Below, piece after piece: positions 29,872-42,618 of a DNA stretch of 64,000 nt. Below the pieces are notes generated by a model. It had not been told where the DNA came from. It was given only the letters and a program-made list of their open reading frames with translations, and ran no database searches. The stretch's first letter is position 1, and each line of letters starts with the position of its first letter. The position numbers were made by a program, and so were the translations under genes. Location of the stretch: positions 149,420,001-149,484,000 of the forward strand of contig OX597817.1 of NCBI GenBank assembly GCA_951406725.2, in the 5' to 3' direction. The stretch comes from Octopus vulgaris (Eukaryota).

Positions 29872-30967
29872 ATGTATGTATATATATATATATATAGATA
29901 GATAGATAGATAGATAGATATACATATATGTATATATTTACATCTATGTACGTATGTATACGCTCACAGCTATTGAGCTAGTAAAAGAATATATATATAT
30001 ATAGAGAGAGAGAGAGGGGGGCGAGACGATTTGTGTACGTGCGGTAAAGTTGATAGAGACATAGAGATTTGGCACAAATACAAGTACCAACATCACCACT
30101 ATCACCACCATCACTGTCGTTATCATCACCGTCGTGGGTCACTGCATTATAATCACAAAACTTATAATCATTACTGATTAGTTACTCTCTCTCTCTCCCC
30201 TCTCTCTACCTCTCCCCCTCCCTCGCACCTACACTACAAAAGTCCGCCAAGAAGTAATTAGTTTTTGTGAAATAGCACCTAACTACCAAGATATGACGGC
30301 TGCCAACGATGAAGAAGCCATGCTTTTTATGCAGTCGTAATTCCACATCTACTGCTGTTTGAAAATGGGTTTCAAAGTTGTAGGATTTGTGTAGACGAGC
30401 AATTTATTGTAGGTCTGTAGCATTTCGAAAACAACTTATTATGACTGGGCAGTGTTCCAGCCATAGAGAGCTTTTGGTTAATAAGCACCTTCTTCCTATA
30501 TATAGGTTAGAGTTGGGTGACTAAATGAGGAGAGAGTTTAAATTGTTCGCGATCATTCGCCATGTTGAAGTTGTTGAAAATGTGTATTGAAAGTTTTTCA
30601 GGTATAAGCGACTATGTAGATGTGTAGACATGAAGATATATGTGTGTGTGTGTGTGTGTGTGTATACACACATACAAATATAAATTGTACATATAAATGC
30701 ATATATATATATATATATCATATACATATAATATATATATATACATGTGTGTGTATGTATATATATAGGTTCAAATATGTATATGTATTTATATATATGC
30801 ATGTATATATGTGTATATATACATGTGCATATATATTTATATATACATATATATATACGTGTATATATGTATATATATATGTGTGTGTATGTATATATGT
30901 ATATATATATGTATATATACATATATGTATATGTGTATATATATATATGCGTATATATATATGTGTG

Positions 30968-31004
<37 letters not shown>

Positions 31005-31008
<4 letters not shown>

Positions 31009-31312
31009 TGGCACTCCGTCGGTTATGACGACGAGGGTTCCAGTTGATCCGATCAACGGAACAGCATGCTCGTGAAATTAACGTGCAAGTGGTTGAGCAC
31101 ACCACAGACACGTGTACCTTTAACGTACTTCTCGAGGAGATTCAGCGTGACACAGACTGTGACAGGGCTGGCCCTTTGAAATACAGGTACAATAGAAACA
31201 GAAAGAAAGGGTAAGAGAAAGTTGTGGTGAAGGAGTACAGCAAGGTTCGCCACCCCACCCCCCTGCCGGAGCCTCGTGGAGTTTAAGGTGTTTTCGTTCA
31301 ATAAACACTCAC
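31005..31312 (-). mobile_element. Family C SINE body with tail T3, head truncated
   Basis: 31191-31312 matches the C body (cctgccggagcctcgtggag). 31005-31190 matches 54130-54310. Confidence 0.85.
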
Positions 31313-31359
31313 CGTATATTGTAGTCCTTAATTTCGCCCGTTTCGGCTCTACCTTTAAT

Positions 31360-31422
31360 CTAAAGGCGGTGCTCCATCATGGCCACAGTCAAATGACTGA
31401 AACAAGTAAAAGAGTAAAGAGT
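31360..31422 (+). mobile_element. Family A SINE, 3' tail only
   Basis: ctaaaggcggtgctccatcatggccacagtcaaatgactgaaacaagtaaaagagt. Confidence 0.85.
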
Positions 31423-32240
31423 ATATTTGACGTTTGTGTTGTTTCCTGTATACTGATTGAATTCGTTCGGTTTTTTTCCGCTTAATGTTTTTTGACCGTT
31501 AGCATTACGCACCATCCGTCACGTATGATTTGTTTGTTGCGGTTAAATTTTGACCTTTAAGGTATTTATTTTTTATGTCAGTAATCACGTCAACTTTATG
31601 TTGTGTGTGCTTGTGTTAATTTTCATGAAACTATGACTCAACAGAGGGAAACGAAAATCCAGAAATCTGCATAGGTAGTCTGGAGCTACATAATATATTA
31701 TTGCTTGAAACTAATTCCCCTTAGCTCATATACCACCATCTTAAGAGGCAGATTACAGTGGGTAATATAGTTAGAGCTACAATGCCTACAAAACAAAGAG
31801 GTTTACCACGGCTGGAACGCCTCTGATCGTAGACCTACTTAATCAACGCTGATATGGAGCTGGATAACAACAATTGACTTCAGTTAATATTCCATCATGT
31901 TTGAGGATTTTTGCTTGTGTTTGCTGCACGGTTTAGCTTTTAAGGATACACAATGTCTTTAACGTAGATTTCATGAGAAATCTTATTGGTTTCATATAGA
32001 TACCAAGTATTCGATTTGACTGAGATTCTAGCTTTCCTCTGGCGGCTTATTCCACCAAGATGGGTGAATAAGTCAAGTTAAAACGAATTTTAAATAAATT
32101 TGACTCGACTTTACATATTGTCTTCCGAACAGTACGTGTTCCATTCTTATTCTTAAACTTGTTTTTAAAAAATATCATCCTTAAATTAAGAGATACCAAG
32201 TATGACAAACTTTTCTTAAATTTTTTTTGTTTTCTTCCTT

Positions 32241-32330
32241 CTCTTCTGATGAAGGACTAGCGTTCGAAACGTTCGAAACGCACACTTTCCTTGCTATTTT
32301 AGCGTTAAACCAATAGATTTGCTAAAACTT
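32241..32330 (+). mobile_element. Penelope-like fragment with a minimal hammerhead core
   Basis: CTGATGA-a-ggac-tagc-gttc-GAAAC-gt at 32246-32272, followed by a duplicated gttcgaaac. Homologous to the 2205-2395 element. Confidence 0.5.
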
Positions 32331-32875
32331 TTCTCTTTCGGGATGTATTCTTTTTGTGCTCACTGCCTTATTAATATATATATCATTATACATACTTCAT
32401 AGACTCATACCATGAGCTTCAGATAAACACCATATACTTTTTCTACATAATTCATAAACATTTGCTACACTTATAGTATTTCACTCGACTTACAATAAGT
32501 AACATTTATATTGCCCTCAAATCACACCTGATTATCGTGAAAAGAAGAGGCGTTGACTCATACAGTCCAAAGTATATTAACTAGAAAAAACGGCAGAGTG
32601 GTCACAATTGGACTGTTTTTCACTGTATGTCTATTAAATCAGAGCCAGTTGATAAACAATAATGAAAACAACAATTATATAAATCTCTCTGTCATTGGGT
32701 CTTCATATGTTTCGTTTGCTCTCAGCATTAAGTTCAATTTCGTCCAAACTGCAACGAGCTTGTATCCTATTGTGAAAATGTATGTTGATCAACCACTAAA
32801 CGCAATGAAATCTGGGAAAAGCTTTTAATGTGAAGTAACCCTATGATGGGTTAGTTCACATTATTCCGTATGGAG

Positions 32876-33102
32876 AACAGGGCCAGATTCCGGTTTCTCT
32901 GGCATATATATCCCCCACCTGGACGGGACGCCGGTCCGTCGCAGGATTACTCATTTTTGCCAGCTGAGTGGACTGGAGTAATGTGAAATGAAGTGTTTTG
33001 CTCAAGAACACAACACATCGCCCGGTTCAGGAATCGAAACCACAACCTTACGATCGTGAATCCATCACCACTACACTTAATCACTAAGCCATGTGCTTCC
33101 GC
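32876..33102 (-). mobile_element. Family D SINE with tail T2
   Basis: tRNA-like head, CORE-like body (gtgttcttgagcaaaacacttcatttc...cagtccactcagctggcaaaaatgagta) and a tail shared with 58655-58760. Confidence 0.85.
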
Positions 33103-34296
33103 GATAAACGTTTGGTACTTTTTGGTACTTTCCAATTACTAATTTTGTCTAAGTTACAGTAAATTAACCAAACAAGCAATCAAATATTCATAAAATAAAA
33201 AAAAAAAGATTTCTTCTGGAAATTCGCTGAATAGTCCAAGAAAATATTTGCAAAGAACACGTGTTTTTCTCACAAATACCTGCATCCATTAATTTTATGA
33301 AATTGTTGTCTTCGTTTTAAATATTTTCGTTTATTTATTATTTTTTTTTTTTTAGCTTTCCTCGTTTTTGTTTATTTGTGTGGAGAAGACGTGGAATTTC
33401 CACCCTTTTGTGGGTGTACGTGTTCAGATTGTCGGTTCCAAGCATGGTTTGTTATGCAGAAAATAGAAAGCTAATGAGATTAATGCAGTATGCAGTTTCT
33501 TGTAATGTACCATACATTTAGCGAACGTGACTGACAATTTAAGTGACGAATGACAAGTGATGATTCTGTTGTTTATAAGTATTTCTCTTGTTAACTATCA
33601 ACTTGCGTTCCATTCCATTCTTGCTTCTATTAATGCTCTGCAGAAGTTTGGTGTTCCAGGTCAAATATTACTTCTACCCCTCCCCCCCAACAACAAGCTA
33701 CACTTGTGCGTTTTTGTCGAAGAACACAGAATAAAGCATAAATAACAAAACCGTCTCGTATTTCATGTGCGCTTCCCCCTGTATCGCTCTAGATTTGCAT
33801 TTAGCGACTGCATTTCTCAGCCAGGACAGACAGTTAGAAGGGGAAAAAAAAGAAGCGTTTGTTTTGTAACAACATTAAGTGCATTGCAAATATGATGCAC
33901 TTAACTTGCATGACAATGTTGCCAGGTTTTTCAGAGAAGCTCTATCATTAGGACGTCGTTTTTTTCGTTCGATCATGTTTAAACTGTCTATCGGTGGTGG
34001 ATATCAAAGAGATATTATAAGCTATTGAATACGAAAGATGACGACAGTGAGGAAATAAGAAGACTGAAAAGAAATAAGGGAAGATAAATACTAATAAAGA
34101 GCCTGACGCCGGTAGATGTCTCACAGATATTTTTACACATATAATGTATTAATATAACATATATTAATACGTACATGCGTATGCATGTACGTATACATGC
34201 ATGTTTATATATGAGTGTTTGTATGTGTGTGTGTGCTCGCGTATGTGTTTTGTGCACGTCTTTGTATATGGTGCAACATTGTGTTTTTATTACTAA

Positions 34297-34598
34297 CTAG
34301 CAGTATCGCCCGGCGTTGCTCGGGTTTGTAAGGGAAATAACTATATAAGCATTTTCAGATAGTTACTTCCCTTATATAATAGCAAAAAATTGCATTAAAA
34401 ATGGGAAAAAATGATGGTAACTCTTTTTTAAATCGTAGACTCATCGTAGACGCGAGCTAATACCCAGAAGGGCTCGATATGAATCACGACTATAAGATAC
34501 CTGCTTTTGGTTAAACTGCACCGCAAAATGTGGGAGTAGTTAGGAATTTAAATCGTAGGAGACAGACACTCACACAACTTCACTTTTATATATAAAGA
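34297..34598 (-). mobile_element. Non-autonomous Helitron, second subfamily
   Basis: The minus strand reads A|TCtttatatataaaagtgaagttgt ... acaaacccgagcaacgccgggcgatactgCTAG|T. The termini match the 5063 element but the interior is unrelated. Confidence 0.85.
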
Positions 34599-34838
34599 TA
34601 ACATATTTATGCCCGTATATATTATATTCCTTTTTATTCACTTACTAACTGTTATATAATGTTTTTCACACATACACAAACATGCGTGCTAACACTGCGT
34701 ACACACTGTTAGATATATATCTCTTATTAGAAGCTCAAGATTCTTGGATCGAGAAACTAAGAGCAACGATTCATGAAACTTCACCTCGTATTAACAATTA
34801 TGCCTATAGGAATTGTTTATCCATTACTGAAGCTTTAC

Positions 34839-34952
<114 letters not shown>

Positions 34953-35099
34953 CATATATATACACACATATACACACATATATATATATATATATATATA
35001 ACAAAGGGTAAAATTAATTAATTAACTAGTAATCGATCATTTCACCAAGTAGAATTCGGCATGAAAAAGGACCATTTAACGGTAAACTTAAGTAATATT

Positions 35100-35322
35100 T
35101 TATAATTAGGGTTCAGCAAAGATTTGCTTTACCACATACCGAAGTTTAGAAATAGCAGCCAGAGAACCTGAGCTACTTCCTCTACTTTAAAAAGAGACTT
35201 TGTTTACGAGTACTTTGTTTTTGTAGGGGAGTCTCTTTTTAAAGTATAGGAAATTGCTAAGGTTCTCTGGCTGCTATTTCTAAACTTCGGTATGTGGTAA
35301 AGCAAATCTTTGCTGAACCCTA

Positions 35323-35329
<7 letters not shown>
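35100..35329. repeat. Long inverted repeat with 100-bp arms and a 30-bp spacer
   Basis: 35100-35199 versus 35230-35329: 4 mismatches, no indels. It lies in an island between (TA)n tracts. Confidence 0.95.
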
Positions 35330-35393
<64 letters not shown>

Positions 35394-35474
35394 CTGTAAT
35401 CCCTCGACTCTCGCGAGTGTTACGTTCCAAAAGCCCCCGCGTTAGGTCAACCGCGATATGGTGAGGGATTACTG
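35394..35474. mobile_element. Tiny pogo/Tigger-type MITE
   Basis: TA|ctgtaatccctcg...gagggattactg|TA. The TIRs are consistent with cagtaatccctc. Confidence 0.7.
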
Positions 35475-35479
35475 TATGT

Positions 35480-35869
35480 ATTCTTTTATTCTTTTACTTG
35501 TTTCGGTCATTTGACTGCGGCCATGCTGGGGCACCGCCTTTTAGTCGAACAAATCGACCCCATGAGTTAGTCTTTGTAAGCCCAGTGCTTATTCTATCGG
35601 TTTTTTGCTGAACTGCTAAGTGAAGGGGGCGTAAACACACCAGCATCGGTTGTCAAGCGATGTTGCAGGACAAATACAGACACACAAACACACACACACA
35701 CACACACTTATATATATATATACGACGGTCTTCTTTCAGTTTCCGTCTACCAAATCCACACACAAAACTTTGGCTATAGTAGAAAACACTTGCCCAGAGT
35801 GCCACGCAGTGGGACTGAACCCGGAACCATGTGGTTGGTAAGCAAGCTACTTACCACACAGCCACTCCT
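35480..35869 (-). mobile_element. Family A SINE
   Basis: Near-full-length reverse-complement match to 57829-58257. Confidence 0.92.
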
Positions 35870-36851
35870 TAAATTTTCAGGAAAGAAAATATTTCCTTTT
35901 TAACACCATAGCTTCTCAGTTATAGCTACACAAACTATTCTCCTTAACCAAGACTTACATAGGAATTCTCTTTACTCTTTTTAGAACCTAATTACTCCAG
36001 TCGGATTTTTCTATGGTCCTATGTAATTTTAAAGAGGTAAGTAACCCTTAAGGACAAGTTTTTGTTACAGCATCCATAGTACTCATATCTCAACCTGTTC
36101 CCCCCTTATATTAATTTGACGCTTCCATCCTGCTTTGAAAGTAATATTACACACCAATACACAACAATATTACACACCAACACACGCATACAAACACACA
36201 CTCACACACGCGCGCACATACATGTACTTTTTAACTCATTTCGTTGTGAATGAGGGAAGACAAACCTTTCACGAATAATCAAATTAATACAACTTACAAT
36301 ACTTTGCTTGGATAACCGGGTATTGAATTCTTTCCATGTTCTTTTACTGATAATATATATACACATGCATAGCATACATATAAATATATACATACTTGCA
36401 CATATATATACACACACACACACACATACACACACACATACACACACATGCATGCATATCTACAGGGTTGGCCAAAAGTCACCTGACGGTAAATAAAAAA
36501 CCAATTTAATTCTAAGATTAAGACAAAAAAATATTTTAAGTGAGACTTCGCTAAGAAATAGACAAATGTTGAAAGAAAAATGGTTGGCGATAACTCTGGA
36601 AAAAAGTAAACTGAAATATAGAGGCGCAACTATAAATTATCTGTGAAGAGTCATCATTATTGCCGAGGACATTAGTCGGCGACAAATCGACTGTAAAATG
36701 CTATAAATAGTAATATACTACACGTGGATAGATACATACATACATACATACATACATACATACATACATACATACATACATACATACATACATACATACA
36801 TACATACATACATACATGTATGTGTGTGTGAGTGTGTACGTGTGTGTGTGT

Positions 36852-37090
36852 GAAAAGCACCTGTGCTGGTGCCATGTGAAAGCACTGGTGTTGGCGCCGC
36901 GTAAAAAGCACCCAGTAGACTCTGTAAAATATTTGATGTTAGAAAGGGCATCCAGCCGCAGAAACCATGTTGTATCAGACGATTGGATCCCGGTGCAGCT
37001 CTCCGGCATACCATTTCTTGTCAGGCCATCCAACCCACGCCGAAATGAAAAACGGACCTCAATGATGATGACGATTACGATAACGATAAT
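36852..37090 (+). mobile_element. 3' part of another SINE (family F)
   Basis: Short aaagcac..gtg.tgg.gcc repeats, the motif agaaagggcatccagccg.agaaacc (resembling the Meta-SINE domain) and a (gat)n tail. Confidence 0.55.
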
Positions 37091-37152
37091 GTGTGTGTAT
37101 GTATATGTATGTCTGTCTGTCTGTCTGTATGTATGTATGTATGTATGTATGT

Positions 37153-37351
37153 CTTTTCTAATTTTTAATTATTATAAATCTAACACAGAGGAGGGAGCTG
37201 GTTTTCAACAAAGATACAAGGGATGTAGTTAACACAGACAAATTCACATTTGGAACTTAAGCAAAGTCTTGCATATGATTACTATTCCACTCAAAGATTG
37301 CACTTGTAATGTAGAAATCAGCCGGTCAGCTTCTCTTCCTGAAAATCCCAG
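37153..37351 (-). pseudogene. 3' remnant of a putative RLE-type non-LTR retrotransposon inside (CATA)n
   Basis: 37351-37244 translates to LGFSGREADRLISTLQVQSLSGIVIICKTLLKFQM*. About 90 bp of 3' UTR follow. (TATG)n lies on both sides. Confidence 0.55.
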
Positions 37352-37408
37352 TATGTATGTATGTATGTATGTATGTATGATGTATAATTACATTCGTACA
37401 TACACATA

Positions 37409-37579
37409 GACGCAGGAGTGGCTGCGTGGTAAGTAGCTTGCTAACCAACCACATGGTTCCGGGTTCAGTCCCACTGCGTGGCACCTTGGGCAAGTGTCTT
37501 CTGCTATAGCCCTGGGCCGACCAATGCTTTGTGAGTGGATTTGGTAGACGGAAACTGAAAGAAGCCTGTCGTATATATG

Positions 37580-37623
<44 letters not shown>

Positions 37624-37838
37624 CTTGTGTGTCTGTGTTTGTTCCCCTAGCATTGCTTGACAACCGATGCTGGTGTGTTTACTTCCCCGTCACTTAGCGG
37701 TTCGGCAAAAGAGACCGATAGAATAAGTACTGGGCTTACAACGAATAAGTCCCGGGGTCGATTTGCTCGACTAAAGGCGGTGCTCCAGCATGGCCGCAGT
37801 CAAATGACTGAAACAAATAAAAAAGAGAAAAAGAGAAT
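37409..37838 (+). mobile_element. Full-length family A SINE
   Basis: Same structure as 3262-3692. Confidence 0.93.
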
Positions 37839-38416
37839 ATGAAATATTTAAAAAATGCATGTGGGTATATACATGTGCACGCGCATGCGTTCAAAAATAC
37901 ACACAGGGAAAAAGATGGAGAGAGAGGGACGGTGGAGAGTAGATAGATAAGGAAATAAGATCGTTATTTATTATGAACAGATTCTTTTGTGAGGATAAAG
38001 AGCCGAGATAGTGATACAAGAGAATTGGCAAGGAATGAAACTACCTCCCATAGAAGCAATGTCGCGTCGTTGTTGCTGCTGTTATAGATGTTGTTGTTGT
38101 TGGCGTCGTCGTCGTCGTAATGGCGATGGTAATTTACAAAAATTAGTGTGTAAAGGAAAACAGAAATAGTTTCCGAAAAAAGAATGATAAAAAGGAGAAT
38201 GGTAGAAAATATGATTAATTAACAGAAAGACAAAGAATAATTAAAGAGTCGACGGTTGTTTTGTTGGTTTTTGGTTTGTTTTCGCCTCAGAATGGTAATA
38301 TTGTTCTTTAAGAACAACAAATTTAGCATGTTTTTTTTTTCGCAGGTTCTTTAATTTTTTATTTGTTTTTGCTTTTGATATATTTGTTTCTTTCTTTTTC
38401 TCTATTTTGTTGTTGC

Positions 38417-38450
<34 letters not shown>

Positions 38451-38582
38451 GCGGGAAGTGCAGTTTTATCATTCCACCGTTAATCTTAGACGTAAAAGCT
38501 GTCTTTCTCTTCTTCGCCATTTTCTCCACTCCTAATTACCGCTTTCTTTCCTCCTCTTTTTTATCCTTCTCTCAACCATTCT

Positions 38583-38620
<38 letters not shown>

Positions 38621-39029
38621 TTTCTTTTACCGTCTCTTCATTTTATTTTATTTATTTATTTACCATTCATCATTTCTGATACGTTTTTTTGTTCATTTTC
38701 TTTTCACAATTCAAATATGGCAACGACCAAAATAAAAACAACAAAAAAATTAAATAAAACTATAAATTTAAGACAAGAAAAACGGAAAGAACCAAGAAAG
38801 CGAAGAAGCGAGAATTTGTCTTTTAGTGTTCCCTTAAACCAAGGGTTACCCAGATATCCCACGCCCCATCCATGTATATCAATTGCGCATTGATAGCTAA
38901 ACAACATGTGCACGCTGTTTAGACTTCACGCACGCATTAACAACAGCTAGTAAACACTTCAAGCATATATTTAAAATGAGGATTTGTGCGTTGCGCGCTG
39001 TCTGTGCTGGTACAAGCATGCTAGCAGTG

Positions 39030-39211
39030 CATATATATGTATATATATATATATAAATACACACACATAAATACACACACACACACATACACACACACAC
39101 ATGCACACATACACACATACACACACACACACACACACTGAAATACACATGAGCAGCAAAACACATGCAATTGCGCGCAGACATACATACATACATACAT
39201 ACATACGTAGG

Positions 39212-39245
<34 letters not shown>

Positions 39246-39326
39246 CATACATATATACATACATACATATATACATACATATATACATACATACATATAT
39301 ACATACATATATACATACATACATAT

Positions 39327-39357
<31 letters not shown>

Positions 39358-39560
39358 CATACATACATACATACATATATACATACATACATACATATAT
39401 ACACACATACATACATGCATACATACATACATACATACATACATACATACATACGTACGTATATACATATGTACATACATACGTACGTACATACATATGT
39501 ACATACATACATACATACATACATACATACATACATACATACATACACACATGCATACAT
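39030..39560. repeat. (CA)n / (CATA)n microsatellite field
   Basis: Directly visible. Confidence 0.95.
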
Positions 39561-39648
39561 ATTTACGGGCATGCGTGTGAATACGGTTCTCATTCAGCGC
39601 AAATACTCACACACGCACACACATTTTTATATATATAAGCTTTTGTTA

Positions 39649-39782
39649 TTAATAATCGGGAAGAGTTGAAGAGTGACTCAAGGGCCAAGTGTTTCGTGCG
39701 TTGGCACTTATCAAGTTTGATTAGTGCCAATACTCGAGACACTCGGCCGTTGTGCCAATCTGTAACTTCGGCTGATTATTAA
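39649..39782. repeat. Spacerless imperfect palindrome, 134 bp
   Basis: Centre at 39715/39716. The inner arms 39683-39714 and 39717-39748 match at 26/32 positions. The outer ends are ttaataatc and gattattaa. There are no indels. Confidence 0.85.
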
Positions 39783-39853
39783 AAGAAACGTATATACGCT
39801 CATGCTTTGAATTCTAGTTTTTCTGGTTGCATCACTAAACCTGATAGAAAGAG

Positions 39854-39854
<1 letters not shown>

Positions 39855-39893
<39 letters not shown>

Positions 39894-40480
39894 AGAGGAA
39901 CATAGAGAGGGAGATAGATAGATAGATAGATAGATATACAGACAGACAGACAGATAGAGAGAGAGTAAGTGAGCGAGTGAGAGACATACATGTCTTGTAT
40001 ATTATATGCTTGTATATATATATATGTATGTATGTGTGTATGTATGTATGTGTGTATGTATGTATGTGTGTATGTATGTGTGTTTGAATGTATGTGTGTA
40101 TGTATGTATATATGTATGTATGCATATATCTATATATGTATGTATGTGTGTATGTATGTATGTATGTATGTGTGTATGTATGTATTTATGTATGTATGCA
40201 TGTATATATGTATTATATGCTTGTCTGTATATGTATGTGTGTATGTATGTATATATATATATATGTATATCTATATATGTATGTATGTGTGTTTGTATAC
40301 GTGTATGTATGTATGTGTGTATGTATGTATGTACGTATATACGTATTATTTGCTTGACTATGTATGTGTGTATGTATGTATGCATGCATATATGTATTAT
40401 ATGCTTGTCTATGTATGTATTGTGTATGTATGTTTGTATGTATGCATGCATGTATGTATGTATGTATGTATGTACGTGTG
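39855..40480. repeat. (GA)n / (GATA)n / (TATG)n microsatellite field
   Basis: Directly visible. Confidence 0.95.
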
Positions 40481-40873
40481 GGTTCATGGTTTATGGCGTC
40501 TACATACATTGATATTGCTTGATTAACATCATGGATAATCTTATTAGACAAGGATAAGAATTAATGGTTTCTAGTTTTGGGAGAGGTTCTGTGGCATATA
40601 TGCACGTCAATATGTGTTTGCAATCGCATACTCACATACACATACACTCACAAGCACGCGCATGCGCATTTACACAAATATGTATGTAGATTCGTGAACA
40701 AATATTCTGGTTATGCAGTTTAAGCTTGTCGAAAACTATCTTGTCTAGACGTACGTGTCTTTAAGTGCTCGAGTGCAAGTGTGTATATATATATTCGTAA
40801 TGAGATAAAAAAAAAACGAAGGCTGCGTAGATTTTATAACGTTTGCCACAAAACCACACACACTTATATATAC

Positions 40874-40924
<51 letters not shown>

Positions 40925-40927
<3 letters not shown>

Positions 40928-41050
40928 TAAGCGGGCTTCTTTCAGTTTCCGTCTACCAAATCCACTCACAAGGCTTTGTCCAATGTGTCACGCAGCGGGG
41001 GTGAACCATGTGGTTGGTAAGCAAGCTACTTATCACACAACCACGCATGC

Positions 41051-41052
<2 letters not shown>
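40925..41052 (-). mobile_element. Family A SINE 5' fragment between (TA)n tracts
   Basis: gggcttctttcagtttccgtctaccaaatccactcacaaggcttt...aaccatgtggttggtaagcaagctact. Confidence 0.88.
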
Positions 41053-41099
<47 letters not shown>

Positions 41100-41258
41100 A
41101 ATGGAGAAAAAAGGCAATAGAGGACAATAAAACATTCGGACAGATAGACGATAGAAAGGCGGACAAGAGAAACAACAATTAGAAGTACAGGCTAAAAAAA
41201 AGACGGGTCATCTTGGCCTTCTTTCCTTAGTGAAGTACAGGAAGTCACGACAGTTTCG

Positions 41259-41299
<41 letters not shown>

Positions 41300-41811
41300 G
41301 TGGGGGATGAGGTGCATATATAATTTGTGCGTTGTAGTTAGAACCTCTATGGTACCGGCCATGACGGAGCATTGCTTTCAAAACACATCTTTAACTAGTG
41401 TAACTGGTCGATTGACGGCTAATGTCGTCCTCGTTAACTTCCATTTTGTTTCGTGTCTCACCTTCTGCGTTCAAATTACATTGTGTCACATGTATTGTTT
41501 GCTTTTTGTTTTTGTTGTTATTTTTGTATTTCGCTTGTTTGCTTTGCTTTGTTTTTTGTTTGTTTTGTTTTTGTTTGTTTTGTTTTTGTTTGTTTTTTGT
41601 TTTTTGTTATTCCCGCTTAACATACAACAAAACAACAATTACTTTTCTCTCTCTGATTGCAAAACTGATTCCTTCCTCGGAATGATTGATTAAGTCACAT
41701 ATTAAATTCCAATCGATTAGTTTTGTACACTGTGATATCTTGTTACAAGAAGTCCTCATCTGCCTCGGGCTTCTGTGAAGAAGAAATGCGAAGATTTAGA
41801 CATGTTTTCAC

Positions 41812-41870
<59 letters not shown>

Positions 41871-42169
41871 ATTTCTCTCTTTCTCCCTTTCTTTCCATCT
41901 CTTCCTTTTGTTCTCTCTTCTCATCCCTCTCCTTTCCCCGACTCCCTCATCCTCTCTTTCTCCTCGTCTTCCTTCTCTCTTTCGCTTCCGCTTCCACACT
42001 CTCCCTTCCTCTTCCTCATCATCCTCTTTATCTCCTCCTCCTCCTTTCTCTTACTCCTCCTTCCTCTCTCTCTCTCTCTCTCTTTCTTCCTCCTCTCTTT
42101 TTCATCTAACTTTCTCCTTCGTTAGTCTCTGTGCACCTCCCTCTGTTTTCTGCTTCTTTTTTCTCTCAT

Positions 42170-42350
42170 TTTTCCTTTCCTGTACTTATTTTAATTATTT
42201 GATTGCGTTCATGCTGGAGCACTGCCAATCAGATCAATGCCAGTACTTATCTAAAGTCCTGCACTTATTTTACTAGTCTGTTTCTGTCGAAACACTATCG
42301 AGCACGTAAACAAACCAACAGCGGTTTCAAAAGGGTGGTGGAGATCCAAT
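42170..42350 (-). mobile_element. Very old family A 3' fragment
   Basis: catgctggagcactgcc...cacgtaaacaaaccaacagcggtt. Confidence 0.5.
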
Positions 42351-42446
42351 AAACGCACACATACACGCACAAACCGACGCACCTACACATTCACATTATA
42401 CACACACAAACACACACACACATGTATATATATATAATTAGCAAAA

Positions 42447-42493
<47 letters not shown>

Positions 42494-42572
42494 GTAGAGA
42501 TAGATAGATACATACGTACATACATACATACGTACATACATACATACATACATACACAAAAGGAGCAAAAAC

Positions 42573-42618
<46 letters not shown>

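Noticed and set aside
36461-36695. Tc1-like start ta-cagggttggccaaaagtcacc
   Set aside because: No matching right TIR was found, so an element cannot be delimited.
39700-39712. ttggcact resembling the miR-96/263 seed
   Set aside because: It lies next to the loop and the rest does not match the mature sequence, so it is not called as that family.
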